DNA of 64,000 nucleotides from Blepharisma stoltei ATCC 30299 (lineage: Eukaryota > Protista > Ciliophora), in assembly GCA_965603825.1 (NCBI GenBank), contig CBFDEM010000009.1, positions 372,001 through 436,000 of the forward strand. Reading direction: 5' to 3'. Each line of letters begins with the position of its first letter. Within the stretch, counting starts at the first letter, position 1. Shown here one piece after another: positions 14,325 through 27,856 of the stretch. The notes under the pieces were generated by a model. The model had not been told where the DNA came from. It worked only from the letters and a program-made list of their open reading frames with translations, and ran no database searches. Made by a program: the position numbers and the translations under genes.

Positions 14325-14825
14325 CTATTTTGGCTTCTCCTCAAACATTTCTGAGATCCTTTCTCCAAGTTTGCCTTCACTTTCGACCATTTTGTCAACT
14401 GTTCCGCGAGTCAAGTCTCTTGTTCTCCTTATTGTAGGGAGCTGTGGGGTATCTGGCAAATATTTAGCTAAAATATCAGGTAAATTATCCTGCAAATACT
14501 TAATTTTTTTAGTATAGTAATGTGTAAGAATGTCATAATATTCCATAAGGCCAGGATGGTAAACATGATAATATCTGTCCCAATCATAGTCATATGCAAC
14601 TCTTGTGCCATAATAAATTAGCCAGCCAGATACTAAGTAGAGCCAAAAAGCAATCGTCTTGCTCTTGAACCTTGTTTTATTTGGCTCCACAAAGACTTCG
14701 TCAACTTTTAATTGTTTGGGATTATCTGGGTCTACTTTTTCGAAGTCATAGATGTGATGATTGGTTTTGGGGAGGTTTGTTCGGATACCTCTAAAAATTG
14801 TCCTGAATAATGTGGGAGCCTTCAT
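14325..14825 (-). CDS. Hypothetical single-TM protein, possibly mitochondrial
   Basis: Arg-rich amphipathic N-terminus, one hydrophobic segment, intact 166-aa ORF. Confidence 0.7.
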   Translation of the reverse strand: MKAPTLFRTIFRGIRTNLPKTNHHIYDFEKVDPDNPKQLKVDEVFVEPNKTRFKSKTIAFWLYLVSGWLIYYGTRVAYDYDWDRYYHVYHPGLMEYYDILTHYYTKKIKYLQDNLPDILAKYLPDTPQLPTIRRTRDLTRGTVDKMVESEGKLGERISEMFEEKPK

Positions 14826-15583
14826 AGCAATTTGAAGTTTTATACTTTACTACTAAATTAATATGAGATTTATCATAAGTGCATGTCGTATGATTTAATC
14901 ATCATTTGATCGCAACTGTAATAATATTAATCGGCTTATTAAGGATGATCTTATATAAGTTAAAGCAATATACCGTAATTCCTAACACAAATTTCTGAGA
15001 GGTCAGTTTAGTGTAACTAGTTTAAGATTTTAATATTTCTGATAAGAAATCTGAATTCACTAATCCTAATTCGATTTTTATGATATGATTTTGAATTTTT
15101 AGGTATTTGTATTTAGAGCTATTTTTTAAAAATCAATGAGAGCTCAAGATAAATTTTGATTCAAAGTATACCAAAGATCATACTTACCTACGAAATATTA
15201 CTATGAATTAATATGCATTTCTATTTGATTTGCATGAAAATGAATTTTTGATCATTTTATATAAAATAGACAAAGAAAATTGGGTTATTTTTTATACCGC
15301 TAAAAGGTTTGGAAAGGAAATTTGGTTTGATGATATTCATTGATTTCTTTATTGGATACTATATCTTATAAAAAATTGTCAAATTATATTGATATATTTT
15401 TGCAAAATTAGTTTACATATTAAAATTTATAATTCAAAAAATTATATTGCTTCTTAACAAACTTAAATAATTTTCTGCTTTTCTGAACATTAAATACCTC
15501 CCATGTTTAAATATACCTAAACAATAGCGACACTCCATATGATTTATCGTTAAAATTGCCTAACTGAATTTTATAATATTAAA

Positions 15584-16228
15584 ATGAGCAAAATCCCAAG
15601 AACTACTAACCGAAATTTTAACGCAGAGCCAGACCCCAAAATTCTTGAAAGAATCAATCTTATGTACCAAACTTACATCGAAACCTCCCAAAATCCATTA
15701 AGTCAGCTTGGACCTGAATTCAATGAGTTTTTCAAATCAGAAAGAATCATATCTTTTCGTATAAAAACCCCAAAGGCTTTAAATCAAAAAGGAGAAGCCG
15801 CTCTTCAAGAGCCAAAACTCTGGATCTTATGAATGTTTATTTTATTTTTAGATCAAAGAGACACTTTTAGCAATATTTTGAAGGTTTGTAAGGACGGATT
15901 TGGCTTTGTTAAACAGAAAGATGCTTTAATTGAAGGTCTAAATGTTCTTTTAGGTAAATGCCCTGAATTAGAAGTAAAACCAGAAGATGAAGATGAATTT
16001 GGGAAACTTATAGGAGACAGACCAAGTAAAGCGCCAAAAGAAATACTTGCAGTGTCGAAATGTGGTAAGTATGTATTAGTTAAGCTAGCACAAGACCAAC
16101 AGATGAGGCTTAAATCACAGTTTGCGGTTGCGCCAATAAAAGATATGGAAGTCGATAGCTCAGTTGCAGTATTATCACTGACCAAAATGCTGCAGAGGTC
16201 TAATTATTCATATCACCCATCTCCTTAA
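15584..16228 (+). CDS. Hypothetical protein, 214 aa
   Basis: Two adjacent track ORFs joined by TGA=W at 15830-15832. Confidence 0.75.
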
Positions 16229-16263
16229 ATAATGGATTCTATTAATAGAGAAATGTAATTTAA

Positions 16264-17706
16264 ATGGAAAATAATTGGAAAACCCTTCAAAGCGTGTCAT
16301 TTTCAAATCCCCAACAAACCAAAAAGAGAGCAAAACCTGTTAAGCAATTCAATGATATTTCATCTCTGAAGAAAATGATTGTCCAAGTAATTAAAAATTA
16401 GTACGATAACAAAGTTAAAGTACTTGAATGCAGCCGAAAAGCTTTAGAAAAATCTCACAAGTCATCAAGTGTCAAAAAAGAAAAAATTGAGCCTAAATTA
16501 AAAGAAAAAAGAAATTTAAGCGGAAATTCAAAAATTTCAAAAACATTTTCCGTTAATAAAGAAGGGAGAAGAAAAGTAAAAGCAGTTCATAGAGATCCGG
16601 ACCATCAAAGTCAAGTTTTAAGCTCAATAGAAGATAGTGTGGTTGATAGCATCGTAATTCCAGATGTAAGTGAAAGCTACCTCACTTTTGGTCTTGATTC
16701 ACCTGAGAGTCCTTCAAGCTACGACACAAGAATAAGGAAAATAAGCAGCATCGATATGATCCAAAATAAAGAAAATTATGAAAGAATTGATAAGCTGAAT
16801 ATTTCTTCAAGCGAGCCAAAAATTGAAAACCCTGGAAGTTTCCTTAAGGAAAAGAAGCCTAAAGAAATAAAAGATATATCTATACAATGTGAAGATGGAC
16901 TATTAGAAAATTATAATAAAATTCTCAAAGAAAATGAAAATCTTAAAGCAGATATCAGGAATTCAAAATTTTTACATAAAAACGAACTAGATGCACAAAG
17001 AATAAAATTTGAAGCAGAAGTAAATAAGCTGAAAGACCAAATTTTAGAGATGAAAAAAATTGATTTACAGAAAAATGAAAATTTAAAAGAAAAACAAAAT
17101 ATTATTAATGTATTGGAAGAGCAAAATACCAAAGAAGACTCAAGCGTCGATTCTGATGTTTGTGCTAAATGTGATAAAATGACTGAAAAAATGCTTGAAG
17201 AACAAAAATCAAGACTTTTAAAAGAATTTAAAGAAAATACTGATAATTTAAGAATTTCTCTAGCAGAATCACATGAAAAAGAATATAATGATTTAAGAGA
17301 GCAATTTGTCAAAAGAATCCAAGCTAATGAAAATAGAATAAAACAAAAGCTTGCCAATGAGTTCACAGCTAGCTTAAAAGACCAAACAAAGTCTATAATA
17401 GAAGACTTAAAGTCAGAATGCGAGTCACATATCAGAACATTTAAAATTGACTATGAAAATAAAATAGAAAATTTATTAAGAGAAAATTTGGACTTAAAAA
17501 AAGAAATTGATTTTCTTGAGTCAAAATTTAGTGATCTTGATAGCAGAAGCCCTTTCTTTATAGATGTAGGAGCTTCAGAAGTATCTTCTGCGAACCAAAC
17601 TTTTGATTCAGATAAAATTTATATTGATCTTGTATCAACAAATAAGAAGCTAAAAATGGAAAACACCAATCTCCAAAAGCACTTAAGAAATATTTCTTTC
17701 CATTAA
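16264..17706 (+). CDS. Coiled-coil protein; 15-nt intron 16387-16401
   Basis: ATG 16264 is in frame with the track ORF; the only stop is the TAG ending GTAATTAAAAATTAG. Confidence 0.75.
16387..16401 (+). other. 15-nt intron
   Basis: GTAATTAAAAATTAG, A at -6. Confidence 0.75.
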
Positions 17707-17765
17707 CTGTATTATCAATTTTTTATAAATAATCATTAATATACGATTTTATTTTATCTGTAAAA

Positions 17766-18434
17766 CTATCTTTTTCCAGACAAAAATGTTTCCATTTTTG
17801 AAAATAATTCCCAGAGCTCTGCTCTTGTTTCGTTGAACTCTGGCTTTTTATTAGGCGATTTTATTTTTTCAATCATTTCTATAATTTTATCCAAGTCTCT
17901 ATGGCTATTTTTTTCTTCATTTACTATCTTAATAATTAAACTCCCAACTTTTTCATAATTTTTTATCTTCTCGGCCAAGCCTTCTTTTTCTTTTTCATTT
18001 TTTTTAATATTTCTTTTCAGTTCTTCAATTTCGCTGGATTTATCGTTTTTTAATTTCTTTCATTTATTGAAGTCTTTAAGCTTTTTTTGCATATTAGAAT
18101 AAACTTCAGTTGGTTTTGGGCTTTCTCCTTCAAACTTAAAAGTCCCACTGAAGTTTTTAGATCTTGAAGAAGAGTCGTAGATGGAGTTTCTTGACTTTAT
18201 AGAGCTGGGAAAGTTTTTAATGGATACAGTTTTAAGGAGTTTGGCTTTTGAGGTTTTTGGAATTGACGGTGATAAAATTTTTGTGGTTAAATCATAATCA
18301 ACGATCTCTATATTCTTTTTGGTACGGGACGATTTCGGAAAATATGTAGCATCGCAGGCTAGATCTGAATTTGGCCTTAGAGTTGAAGATTTGATACTTG
18401 TTAAAAAAGGACTTGACTGAGAATAAGATACCAT
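17766..18434 (-). CDS. Hypothetical protein (Ser/Lys-rich N-terminus, coiled-coil C-terminus), 222 aa
   Basis: Two track ORFs joined by TGA at 18060-18062. Confidence 0.7.
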
Positions 18435-18460
18435 AGTGTTAATAATTAAATTACTTTAGA

Positions 18461-19837
18461 TTACAGCTGGCTGACATTTTTTCTTGGTGAAGGTCTTCTG
18501 ATTTCACTCAAAAAACTCGTATGTTTTAGCTGATTTTTCGGCCCTTTTTTTAGCTTATTTTTCACGTTCCCAATTTTTGAGTCAAAACTCCCTGAATGCT
18601 GATTATCTAAATCGTTCAAGCTTCCTTTATTCTTGATTTTTATAATTGATGGCTCATATGGTAAAATACTAGATTTCAGCTTGATATTGCGCCTTTCTGA
18701 GATAAATCCAATTTGTCTTTTTCTATTTATTGATAAATCCATAGGAGTAGGAGTTAAAGAGCTTTTTTTCGCAAAAAGACACGAAAAATCTTCGAGTTTT
18801 AGAAACCCTTTTTCATCTTTATCTAAGCTCATAAATAAAGTTTTAAGCTCTTTTTTAGTCGCGAAAATTGTAAAATTTTCTAACGAAATCAAAAAATCAG
18901 TAAAATTTATTTTGCCATCCTATATAGTTTTTACTTTATCATTATCAAAAAACCTGAAAGCTTGGGAAATCATTCGAAACCTATCAGTTATTTGTAGTGA
19001 CAACTTTTTTATCAATTGGGCTTGCTGGTCTTCTGACCTACTTCTAAGGCTTGCTCTTTCAGGAGATCATAAAGCTTCTTTAACATTTGGCGATAGAAGC
19101 TGAGAGTTATAATATTTTGTGCCTTGTGGTGCGAATTTATAGGCTTCAATGAGATCGTATAGCTGTGACAGTTTGAAATTCCCACCAGGATCAATGCAAT
19201 GGGCAAGCAAATCAGTTCTCAAGTGTTCAGGGATTTTTGAGCCGTAAGAGTTTAAGATATTTTTAAAGGAAGCTGCAGTGGATTTTGGCTTTTGATCTTT
19301 AACAGGCATCATTGAATGAGATTTTATTGCTTCTAAGGTTCTTATGTCTATATGATTTTGTTGCAGCTTCATAAGTAATGAATCAGATACATTATTTTTG
19401 CCCTTATCTAGGCGAGATTCATTGCTGAAAGGCAAATACTTGTGAGAATTTAATAAAAATCCAAGTTGGTTATCTGTGCTTAATTGCTGATTTCTAGCAA
19501 CTGTAGAGAGGAATAGCTTTTCATTGTCCCCTTTATCTATATATCATAAGTATCTACCTTTATCGTGATGAAGTTTAAGCCTTCTCAAAGCTGAGCCATA
19601 ATTAATTTTGTTTTCTTCATCACAATATTTCTGGCTAACTAACTCAAAATCCTCACGTCTAAGAAAAATATTCATCCTATTTAGTTTGTCTTTAAAAGTA
19701 TCCATTGAAATTTTGCCGCTGCAAGCTTCATCTAATGGCTCTATTGAATTTTTTAATAGTCTTCTAATTTTCCTGGCCTTGGTAGTTATATCATTATTTG
19801 TTTCGCTCATTTTTAGTAATGCTATATATATTTTCAT
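18461..19837 (-). CDS. EF-hand protein; 15-nt intron 18920-18934 (start may be the Met at 19810)
   Basis: Single frame with TGA=W. Intron removal creates the canonical loop DNDKDGKINFTDF; second loop DKDEKGFLKLEDF. Confidence 0.85.
18920..18934 (-). other. 15-nt intron
   Basis: GTAAAAACTATATAG splits an EF-hand loop; excision restores it exactly. Confidence 0.9.
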
Positions 19838-20070
19838 AAATAATTCTTAATATGCTGACTTACAAATTTCCTTCTCATTTCTTTCTAGTTTGAACAAAAA
19901 TCTTATAAAAATTAATAACTCTTTTTTGTCTAATTTAATTAATATATTTTTTTTATAATCAATGATTGCTTTGCTATCATATTCAATTCGTTAATAAATT
20001 TTCTTTATTTTAGGCTGGTTTTCTTTAATTTACAAGAAATTTCCTTCATCTAGGTGAACAAATTATAAAT

Positions 20071-21390
20071 ATGGTTCTACGACTTTTCCATATAGGATTG
20101 CTCTTTTTGAGCTTATCCCTAGTTTCTTCAACTGATACTCAAGAGCTTCTAGGCGATACAGATGGCACATGGAGCTATTTCGGCTACCAAGGCTACGCAG
20201 GTGAAGTTACAATGAATGCAATTACAGGCTCCTCCTATTTCTATTGGCTTTTCCAAGCAATTAAAGGTAACATCACAAATCCTGCTGATAAGTTACCTCT
20301 AATAATCTGGATTCAAGGCGGTCCAGGTTGTTCTGGAGAAACTGGGATGTTTTTCGAAAATATTGCCCCGTTCTATATTGATAACAATACAAATCCCCAG
20401 AAAAATCCTTATACATGGACTAATAATTACCATGTTATGACTATTGACCATCCTCTAGGGACTGGATACTCAATAGCTGGCGCTCCATATGATATGAAAA
20501 ATACCACAACTGGTTCATCAATCCAACTTTACAACTTTTTGGTCAAACTTGCCAACAAATACCCAACCTGGTTTTCAAGAGACCTTTATTTCTTTGGAGA
20601 AAGCTTTGGAGGACATTGGATCCCTGGCATTGCCTATCAGATTGTGTCTAACAATCGAAGCCCTAACCCTCCTTTTAAGTTCAACCTGAAAGGTGTAGGA
20701 ATTGGAGACCCATGGACTGACCCTCCAAACCAAAGCCAAACTTATGGAAGTTATGCTTATGCAACTGGGATTATTGACCAAGAAGAGCTTGGGATTGTCC
20801 AGACTTATGAAGACCAAGTTACTAGCGATTTAAATACTGGAAACTGAAATGCAGCATTAAACGACTGGGAAATGTCTTACTCTCTTATTGTTGACTATGC
20901 TGGTGGCATCAATGTCTACAACAGCAGAGACTATAACCCTAATTACAATATGGGCCAAATGCCAGCTTGGCTTAATTTAGCCTCCACTAAGCAGATGATC
21001 CATGTCCCTTCATCTGTAGTATGGACTGAGTGCAATAACAATATTTATAACGCCATGACCCAAGACATTATGACCTCAGCTGCACCTTTAATTCCATATC
21101 TCCTTGACTCCATAAGAGTCCTCATATATAACGGCCAAGACGACTTAATCGTGAATACCCCATCCACTGAACAAATGCTTGCGAACTTAAACTGGCCTTA
21201 CATCAGCAACTTTATAAACTCAAATAAAATCATTTGGAATGTCAATGGAAATGTAGCAGGATATGCCCAAACTTATAACAACTTGAGCTTCGTAGTAGTT
21301 TTGAAATCTGGCCATATGGTTCCTCATGATCAGCCTGTAAATGCATTGAATTTGGTGAACAGATTTATTAACAACCAAGGGTGGCAATAA
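20071..21390 (+). CDS. Serine carboxypeptidase, family S10, 439 aa, secreted/lysosomal
   Basis: Signal peptide, WIQGGPGCS, GESFGG, YNGQDDLIV, SGHMVPHDQP; one TGA=W. Confidence 0.95.
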
Positions 21391-21449
21391 ACTAAGCTAA
21401 GATTATGAGTTAAATTAAGTTTTTTTAAAAATATTTATCAATTACATAA

Positions 21450-22673
21450 TTAAAAGCTTGAATTCCTTTTATGAGTCTAAATATCAATTACCCTAGCTTT
21501 CCCTCTTGGTCTATTCACATTTTTCACCCTCAGTTTAAATTTATCTTGAGGAGAGTGCTTTTGGTTTCCAGTTCCTACACTTTTGGCGAAGTCAGGCTGA
21601 TTTTTGTCGCAGCCTGTTGAGCAGCATTTATTATTGCCTGGATTTCATTTATTGCAGGTTAAACATCTTCATGAGTCATTTTCTCCTCCCAAAGTTGTTG
21701 CTCCTGTCGCAGTAGTTGTAGCTGCTGCTGATGATCTTGCAGATAAGCAGGCATTGCAATATGATTCAGATTCTGGATTTTCCAGGGTGCATCTTGAGCA
21801 TGTCCAATTCATTTCTTTAATTTCTTTCATTTCTTTAAATATCGATAAATTCCCCAGCTCTCCTAAATTTATCAAATCATTGAATACATACAGCTTCAAA
21901 TCTTCTTGGTTTTTAGTCGGGGAAATAGTTGATAGCTCACTATAAGTTTCTGAAATATATTTAGAAAACTCATCATAAGTCATATCTCCTAAATCTTTTG
22001 ATAAATTATGCAGTTTTGTACTCCAGCCTTTAGCTTTTTCCAAGCTCATGCTGCATTTATTTTTTTTCATATCCAAAGCGTTTTGCTGGTCTCTCAAATG
22101 TTTCCTTAACCCTTCAACCAGCTCTTTTTGTCTGCTTACAATCTGTCTAATCGCAACCTCAAAAGCAGAATTTACTCTAGAAATCTGATTTTCATAAAAA
22201 CTTGACAATTTTTTACTCATAACTACATATTCTTGCAATGCTTTTTCTGCGTCCTTTGCCACACTATCTGTCGTATCCGCTAGCTCTTTTATATCTTCTC
22301 TCAGTTTTTCTGTATTTACTTTAAATAGCAGTAACTCATGTCCAGGTCCTGCATGCAAAAGGACGCATTCAGAACACAGACATGTATTGTGAACTCTGCA
22401 TTTATATTTTATTTGCCTTCTGGGGTGGGCTGTACAGCATGTAACTTTTATTAGAGGTTTTGGGAGATTGTGTAAAATATTTAAGCAGAGTGGTAACTTG
22501 TCCAGTGGCGGATGCGGAGTTTGGTCATTTGGACAGGCGGAAAATGTGCAGGAGTATTGGGATATGCACAATTTGCAAAATACGTGGCCACAGGGCAGAG
22601 ACATAGGGGCGCGATTTGAGGAATTAAAAGGAGTTAAGCATATGCTGCATTCGAAAATTGAAGGTTCTGACAT
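21450..22673 (-). CDS. TRIM-like E3 ligase: RING, B-box, coiled coil, two RanBP2-type zinc fingers
   Basis: CSIC...CGHVFCKLC, CTAH...CSEC...H, WTCSRCTLEN...CNAC, [TGA]RCLTCNK[TGA]N. Ends at TAG 21477, or at TAA 21450 if GTAATTGATATTTAG (21477-21491) is spliced. Confidence 0.85.
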
Positions 22674-23275
22674 TTTAAATTTGTGTATGAATTTATATGA
22701 TATGACGGGAAGCTGAATAAAAACTTGATTTTGGGAATAATCGAAAAATTAAGGAATTATGAAGAGATATGTTTTATCTATAAATATTTTGTTTTTGAGT
22801 AGTTAAATTATGGTCATTAAGAATCTTCTTTTGAGATAATCATATAATATATTATTGATCTATAAGGGATAAAACATAGATTTGACTTATTTCACTGCTC
22901 GAGCCATAATATCTATCATATGCAATTGTGAGCTGTATTTAAAGTAAGGAGTGAAAAAACAATGATCCAATCCATGGGATCGGTTAAGCTTTTCAGACTC
23001 CACATCACTGAATGGCATTATATTTTCTAGTGCAAATGCTGGGTTTTCAGGCACAAGTCATGAGAACAATAAAGTGTTTCTTTTTATTAATTTCTTCCTT
23101 ATTATATTGATTTATTTTTTAAATAATTAATATTGTGATATATTTTAGCTCAAAATCAAGCATTTGAAAAGAGCAATATAAATTTTATATTACAAAGAGC
23201 ATGCTAAATGAAAAAAATACGATTAATTATGTTAAAAAAGTGTAATAAATAAGTCCAAAGAAAGATATAATCTAA

Positions 23276-25379
23276 ATGGCAAATCAACAAACTATCAAGA
23301 CTTGGCCAGAATTTTTACGGCTTCAAGGGAGTTATGAAACCAAAATAAACACACTTAGAGCTTCAAATTTATCATATATTAACCCTCAAACCCAAAGACC
23401 TCTGTAATTTTCTAATTAGTGCATGAGTCGCTTTAGTTGACCCACGCTTTGCATCTGAGTGCTTACATTTTTTCCACACAATTAAAAATCAAAAACAAGT
23501 CACTATTTCTGCGAATATCGCAAAACAAATTCGAAAAGAAGCTCCAGAATCATATATAGGAGCATTAAGTGCATTAAAAGGGGAAGAAAAAATTCAAAAA
23601 ATAGTTACAATCCTTAGTATGTTTGTTTCAAAAAGAGCAGATATTGGCTATCACTCTGGGATGAATTTTATTGTTGCTGTGCTTTTAGAAGTTTTTAAAT
23701 TAGAAAGTGACACTTTTGTTATGCTCTGTCATATTATTGAAAAAATTTACCCTGGAGTAAATTATAAATAGGATTATTTTAGCTGCGAAAGCCGAAAATT
23801 AGGACTTCATAGAGAGTTAAGAGTTCTTGTAATGATGGCGTCAAAACTTAGACCAAGATTGGCAGCTACATTAAAAGCAGTTTTTAACCCGAAAAACTCA
23901 AACACAAAAGAAGATGATTTAACACCATTTGTGAGCACAATTAAAAGAATTGGGTTTTCATGATTTTCAACACTATTTGTTCCTAATGTGCTGCCGTTTG
24001 ATTTGCTTAGGATATGAGATAATATGTTGATCCATGGCTTTGAATTTGTTTTGAAGCTTGCCCTAACTCTGTTAAGCAAGTATGAAAAGTTTTTAAGAAA
24101 CACAATTAAAGCAGAGACAAAAGCGATTTCACTTGAAAATTCAGTTGATTCTTTATTAGTTGCAGGAAATTTAACAAGAATGAAGCTCATGCAGAAATTT
24201 GAGAAGCTGCCTATAGAAAAAATGATTAAGAAAGCAATTGTTAAATCAACATATAAAATCCTGAAAAGAGATGAACTATTAGGTCAAGCTGAAAATTTAG
24301 AAAAAAACCACTTGGAAAGGCTTTATAGACTTAGGCAGTCAAAAATGATACTAAGGAACAGAGGCTTGATTTTTTCTTTTAACGAAGCTCTTGATATATA
24401 CCAATCTTTTGATCAATTAAACAAAGAATTTGTGACTAGAGAAGAATTTGTAAAAATCGCAAAAATGAGATTACAGTGATATCCATCCCATGCATTAAAC
24501 ATTTTTAACACTTTTGACCAAGAAGGAAATGACTCAATAGAGATAACTCAAATAAAATCAGGCTTAGCAATCCTTACACAATGCTCAATAGATGAAAAAT
24601 TAACCCTTTGTTTCCAAGCTCATGATAAAGAGCGCTCTGAACATTTATCCCCAGACGATATTTTTAATTTAATTTCTTGTATTGAAAAGTCATTAGATTA
24701 CCGCTCAGAATATTTTAAGACACAATCAACAGGTTTTTTTGAAAGTTTAGATATAAATGATGATGGAAAAATACCATTGGCAGAGTTCATAAGATCTGCA
24801 AAGATTGATCCTTCGTGCACTCCTATTATTGATTTTATTAATGCAGTAGAATCTAATGAATATATCCAAGTCCCAGAGATGAAAATGGCCCAAATCCACC
24901 TAGAAGGGACTTTTAGTGATATTCATTCTCCGATTACCCCTATTTCTGATGCGTCTCCAATGTCTGATATTTCAGGAATCGATGATCTCCCAAATGAAGA
25001 AAATAATTACTATGAGCCAGAAGCTCCTATTGAAATTCCTCAGATAGAAATTAATGAAAATATAGGAGAGATTGTGGAAGAAGTAAAAAATGATACTCCA
25101 AAAATGGAAGAAAAGCAAGAAGACAAGCCAATTTTTGATTTTGGGTTTGAAAAATTTGATAATGGAGGTATTGATGAAGACCAATATGATACAGTTGTGA
25201 GGACTGAGTCTCTGACAGTTGATAATAAAATACCTATTGAATCTATTGAATATCCTGTTTTACATGAATCTTATGATAGTAAAAGAAAAATTGAACTTCC
25301 TGAGCCCGTAATGGTTCCTAAAGAGCCAAGACCAGGGTGTTCTAGATTATGTACAAGAGAGACTTGCTTAATTTTTTAA
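23276..25379 (+). CDS. TBC (Rab-GAP fold) plus EF-hand protein with C-terminal CaaX; introns 23404-23419 and 23757-23771
   Basis: RPLAW, IGYHSGMNFI, WFSTLF, LRIWDNMLIHG, EF loops FDQEGNDSIE and LDINDDGKIP, C-terminal CLIF. Confidence 0.85.
23404..23419 (+). other. 16-nt intron
   Basis: GTAATTTTCTAATTAG; removal restores the TBC reading frame. Confidence 0.85.
23757..23771 (+). other. 15-nt intron
   Basis: GTAAATTATAAATAG; removal gives YPG-DYF. Confidence 0.85.
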
Positions 25380-25529
25380 ATTACAAGAATTATAATAAAT
25401 ATGGTATTTATAAGAAAAGTCTCTTTTAATTTTCTAAATAATATTTAAAATAAAGTATATATTTGCTCTTTGTATTTAAATAGCAGTTCAAAGGGAAATA
25501 TAACATTTTGCATTATAAATCTAGTATAA

Positions 25530-26540
<1,011 letters not shown>

Positions 26541-26800
26541 ATTTAATATTTTTGAAACTAATTTTTGGCCTTCAGAATAATTTTTGATTTGTTGAAAAAA
26601 CAACTAAGCATATCTTCTTTTAAAACAAAACTTTGCAGTTCTTGCAATGGATTAGTCAATTTAATTAATAAATTTGCGTTCTTATTTCGTCAAAAAGAAA
26701 CAGCTAATTTGATAATATTAAAAGCTTATAAAAATTTCAAAGATTTTTAAATAAATATCTTTTTATTTCGTTTTTTTTTCTATTTAATTCTCACAATCAA

Positions 26801-27274
26801 CCAACTGTAGATAAAAGTCAGAAGAGAGACTACGTGGACGGATAGGAGGAGGTTCTAATTTTTATAATCAGGATTTTGCAGAACGCTGTGCAATTCAGAT
26901 CGTGTGCAAGATGATAGAAGATGAAGAGATTTTTGATACTGGATTTAAAGTCTTTTCTTTATGAAAATTTGGGCTATGAAACGCTCTTAACGCGTTACTT
27001 GGCTTATTGCCGCTGCCCTTCAGTTGAAGAAGCTGATAGGAAGTTCTACGAAGGCATAGTGATCTTTAAAGGTTATCATCCTTGCAAGAAAGTTCATCAG
27101 CTTTATGAGAGACTTGCTCGTCTTAATGCTGAAAGTGAAAAAAGCGACAAAATTGCTTTGCATATGCTTTTTGAATATATTACGGATTACAATCATGCAG
27201 ATTTTCCAAAACTCCATTCTCGATTTCTGGGTGAGAGAAGTGGATAAATAACTGAAAAAGAAGCTTATAATCAA
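26801..27274 (+). pseudogene. 474-bp insertion carrying a gene fragment (one frame 26801-27247 with two internal TAG)
   Basis: Absent from duplicate copy 2; flanked by AATCAA at 26795-26800 and 27269-27274; higher GC than its flanks. Confidence 0.65.
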
Positions 27275-27351
27275 TAAATTTATTCCACATATACATTGGG
27301 GGTCTCTTAAAAATTCATTATCTTTTTGTTAAATACATCAAGTTTCGCTTG

Positions 27352-27545
27352 ATGCTCATTAATAATTTTATACTTGAGAATTGGAGCGAAATTGCAAGCT
27401 ATAGCAATGAGAATTATTCAGAAAATTTTATATCTACTGCACTTGAAGGGCTTGCTAGTGTAAACCCAAAAACTCAGTATTTTGGAAGATATCTCCAAGT
27501 ATTTTATGGATTTCATGAAACTTTTCATCATAATTTTTTTTGAAA
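27352..27545 (+). pseudogene. Duplicated 3' fragment of the DUF3050/globin-like gene
   Basis: [25 protein letters not shown] is identical to the upstream gene; no 5' part; indels present. Confidence 0.8.
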
Positions 27546-27856
27546 CTAATTTTTGGCCTTTACAATAATTTTTGATTTTAAAACATAATAAGCATATCTT
27601 CTTTTATAAAACAAAACTTTGCAGTTCTTCCAATGGCTAAGCCAATTTAATGTATTTCGTTAATTCATTTAAATTCTTATTTTGTCAAAAAGAAACAGCT
27701 AATTGCCATAATATTAATAGCTTATAAAAATTTAAAAGATTTTCGAATAAATATCTTTTTGATTCGATTTTTTACTATTTAAATTTATAATCAATAGATT
27801 TATTCCACATATGCATTGGGGTTCTCTTAAAAATTCATTAGCTTTTTGTTAAATAT

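Noticed and set aside
14981-14990. CCTAACA (also at 44101) as a telomere repeat or telomerase template
   Set aside because: Single partial units, with no tandem array or supporting structure.
14940-15000. Possible C/D snoRNA (GATGATC...CTGA)
   Set aside because: Imperfect C box, and no terminal stem or recognisable rRNA guide.
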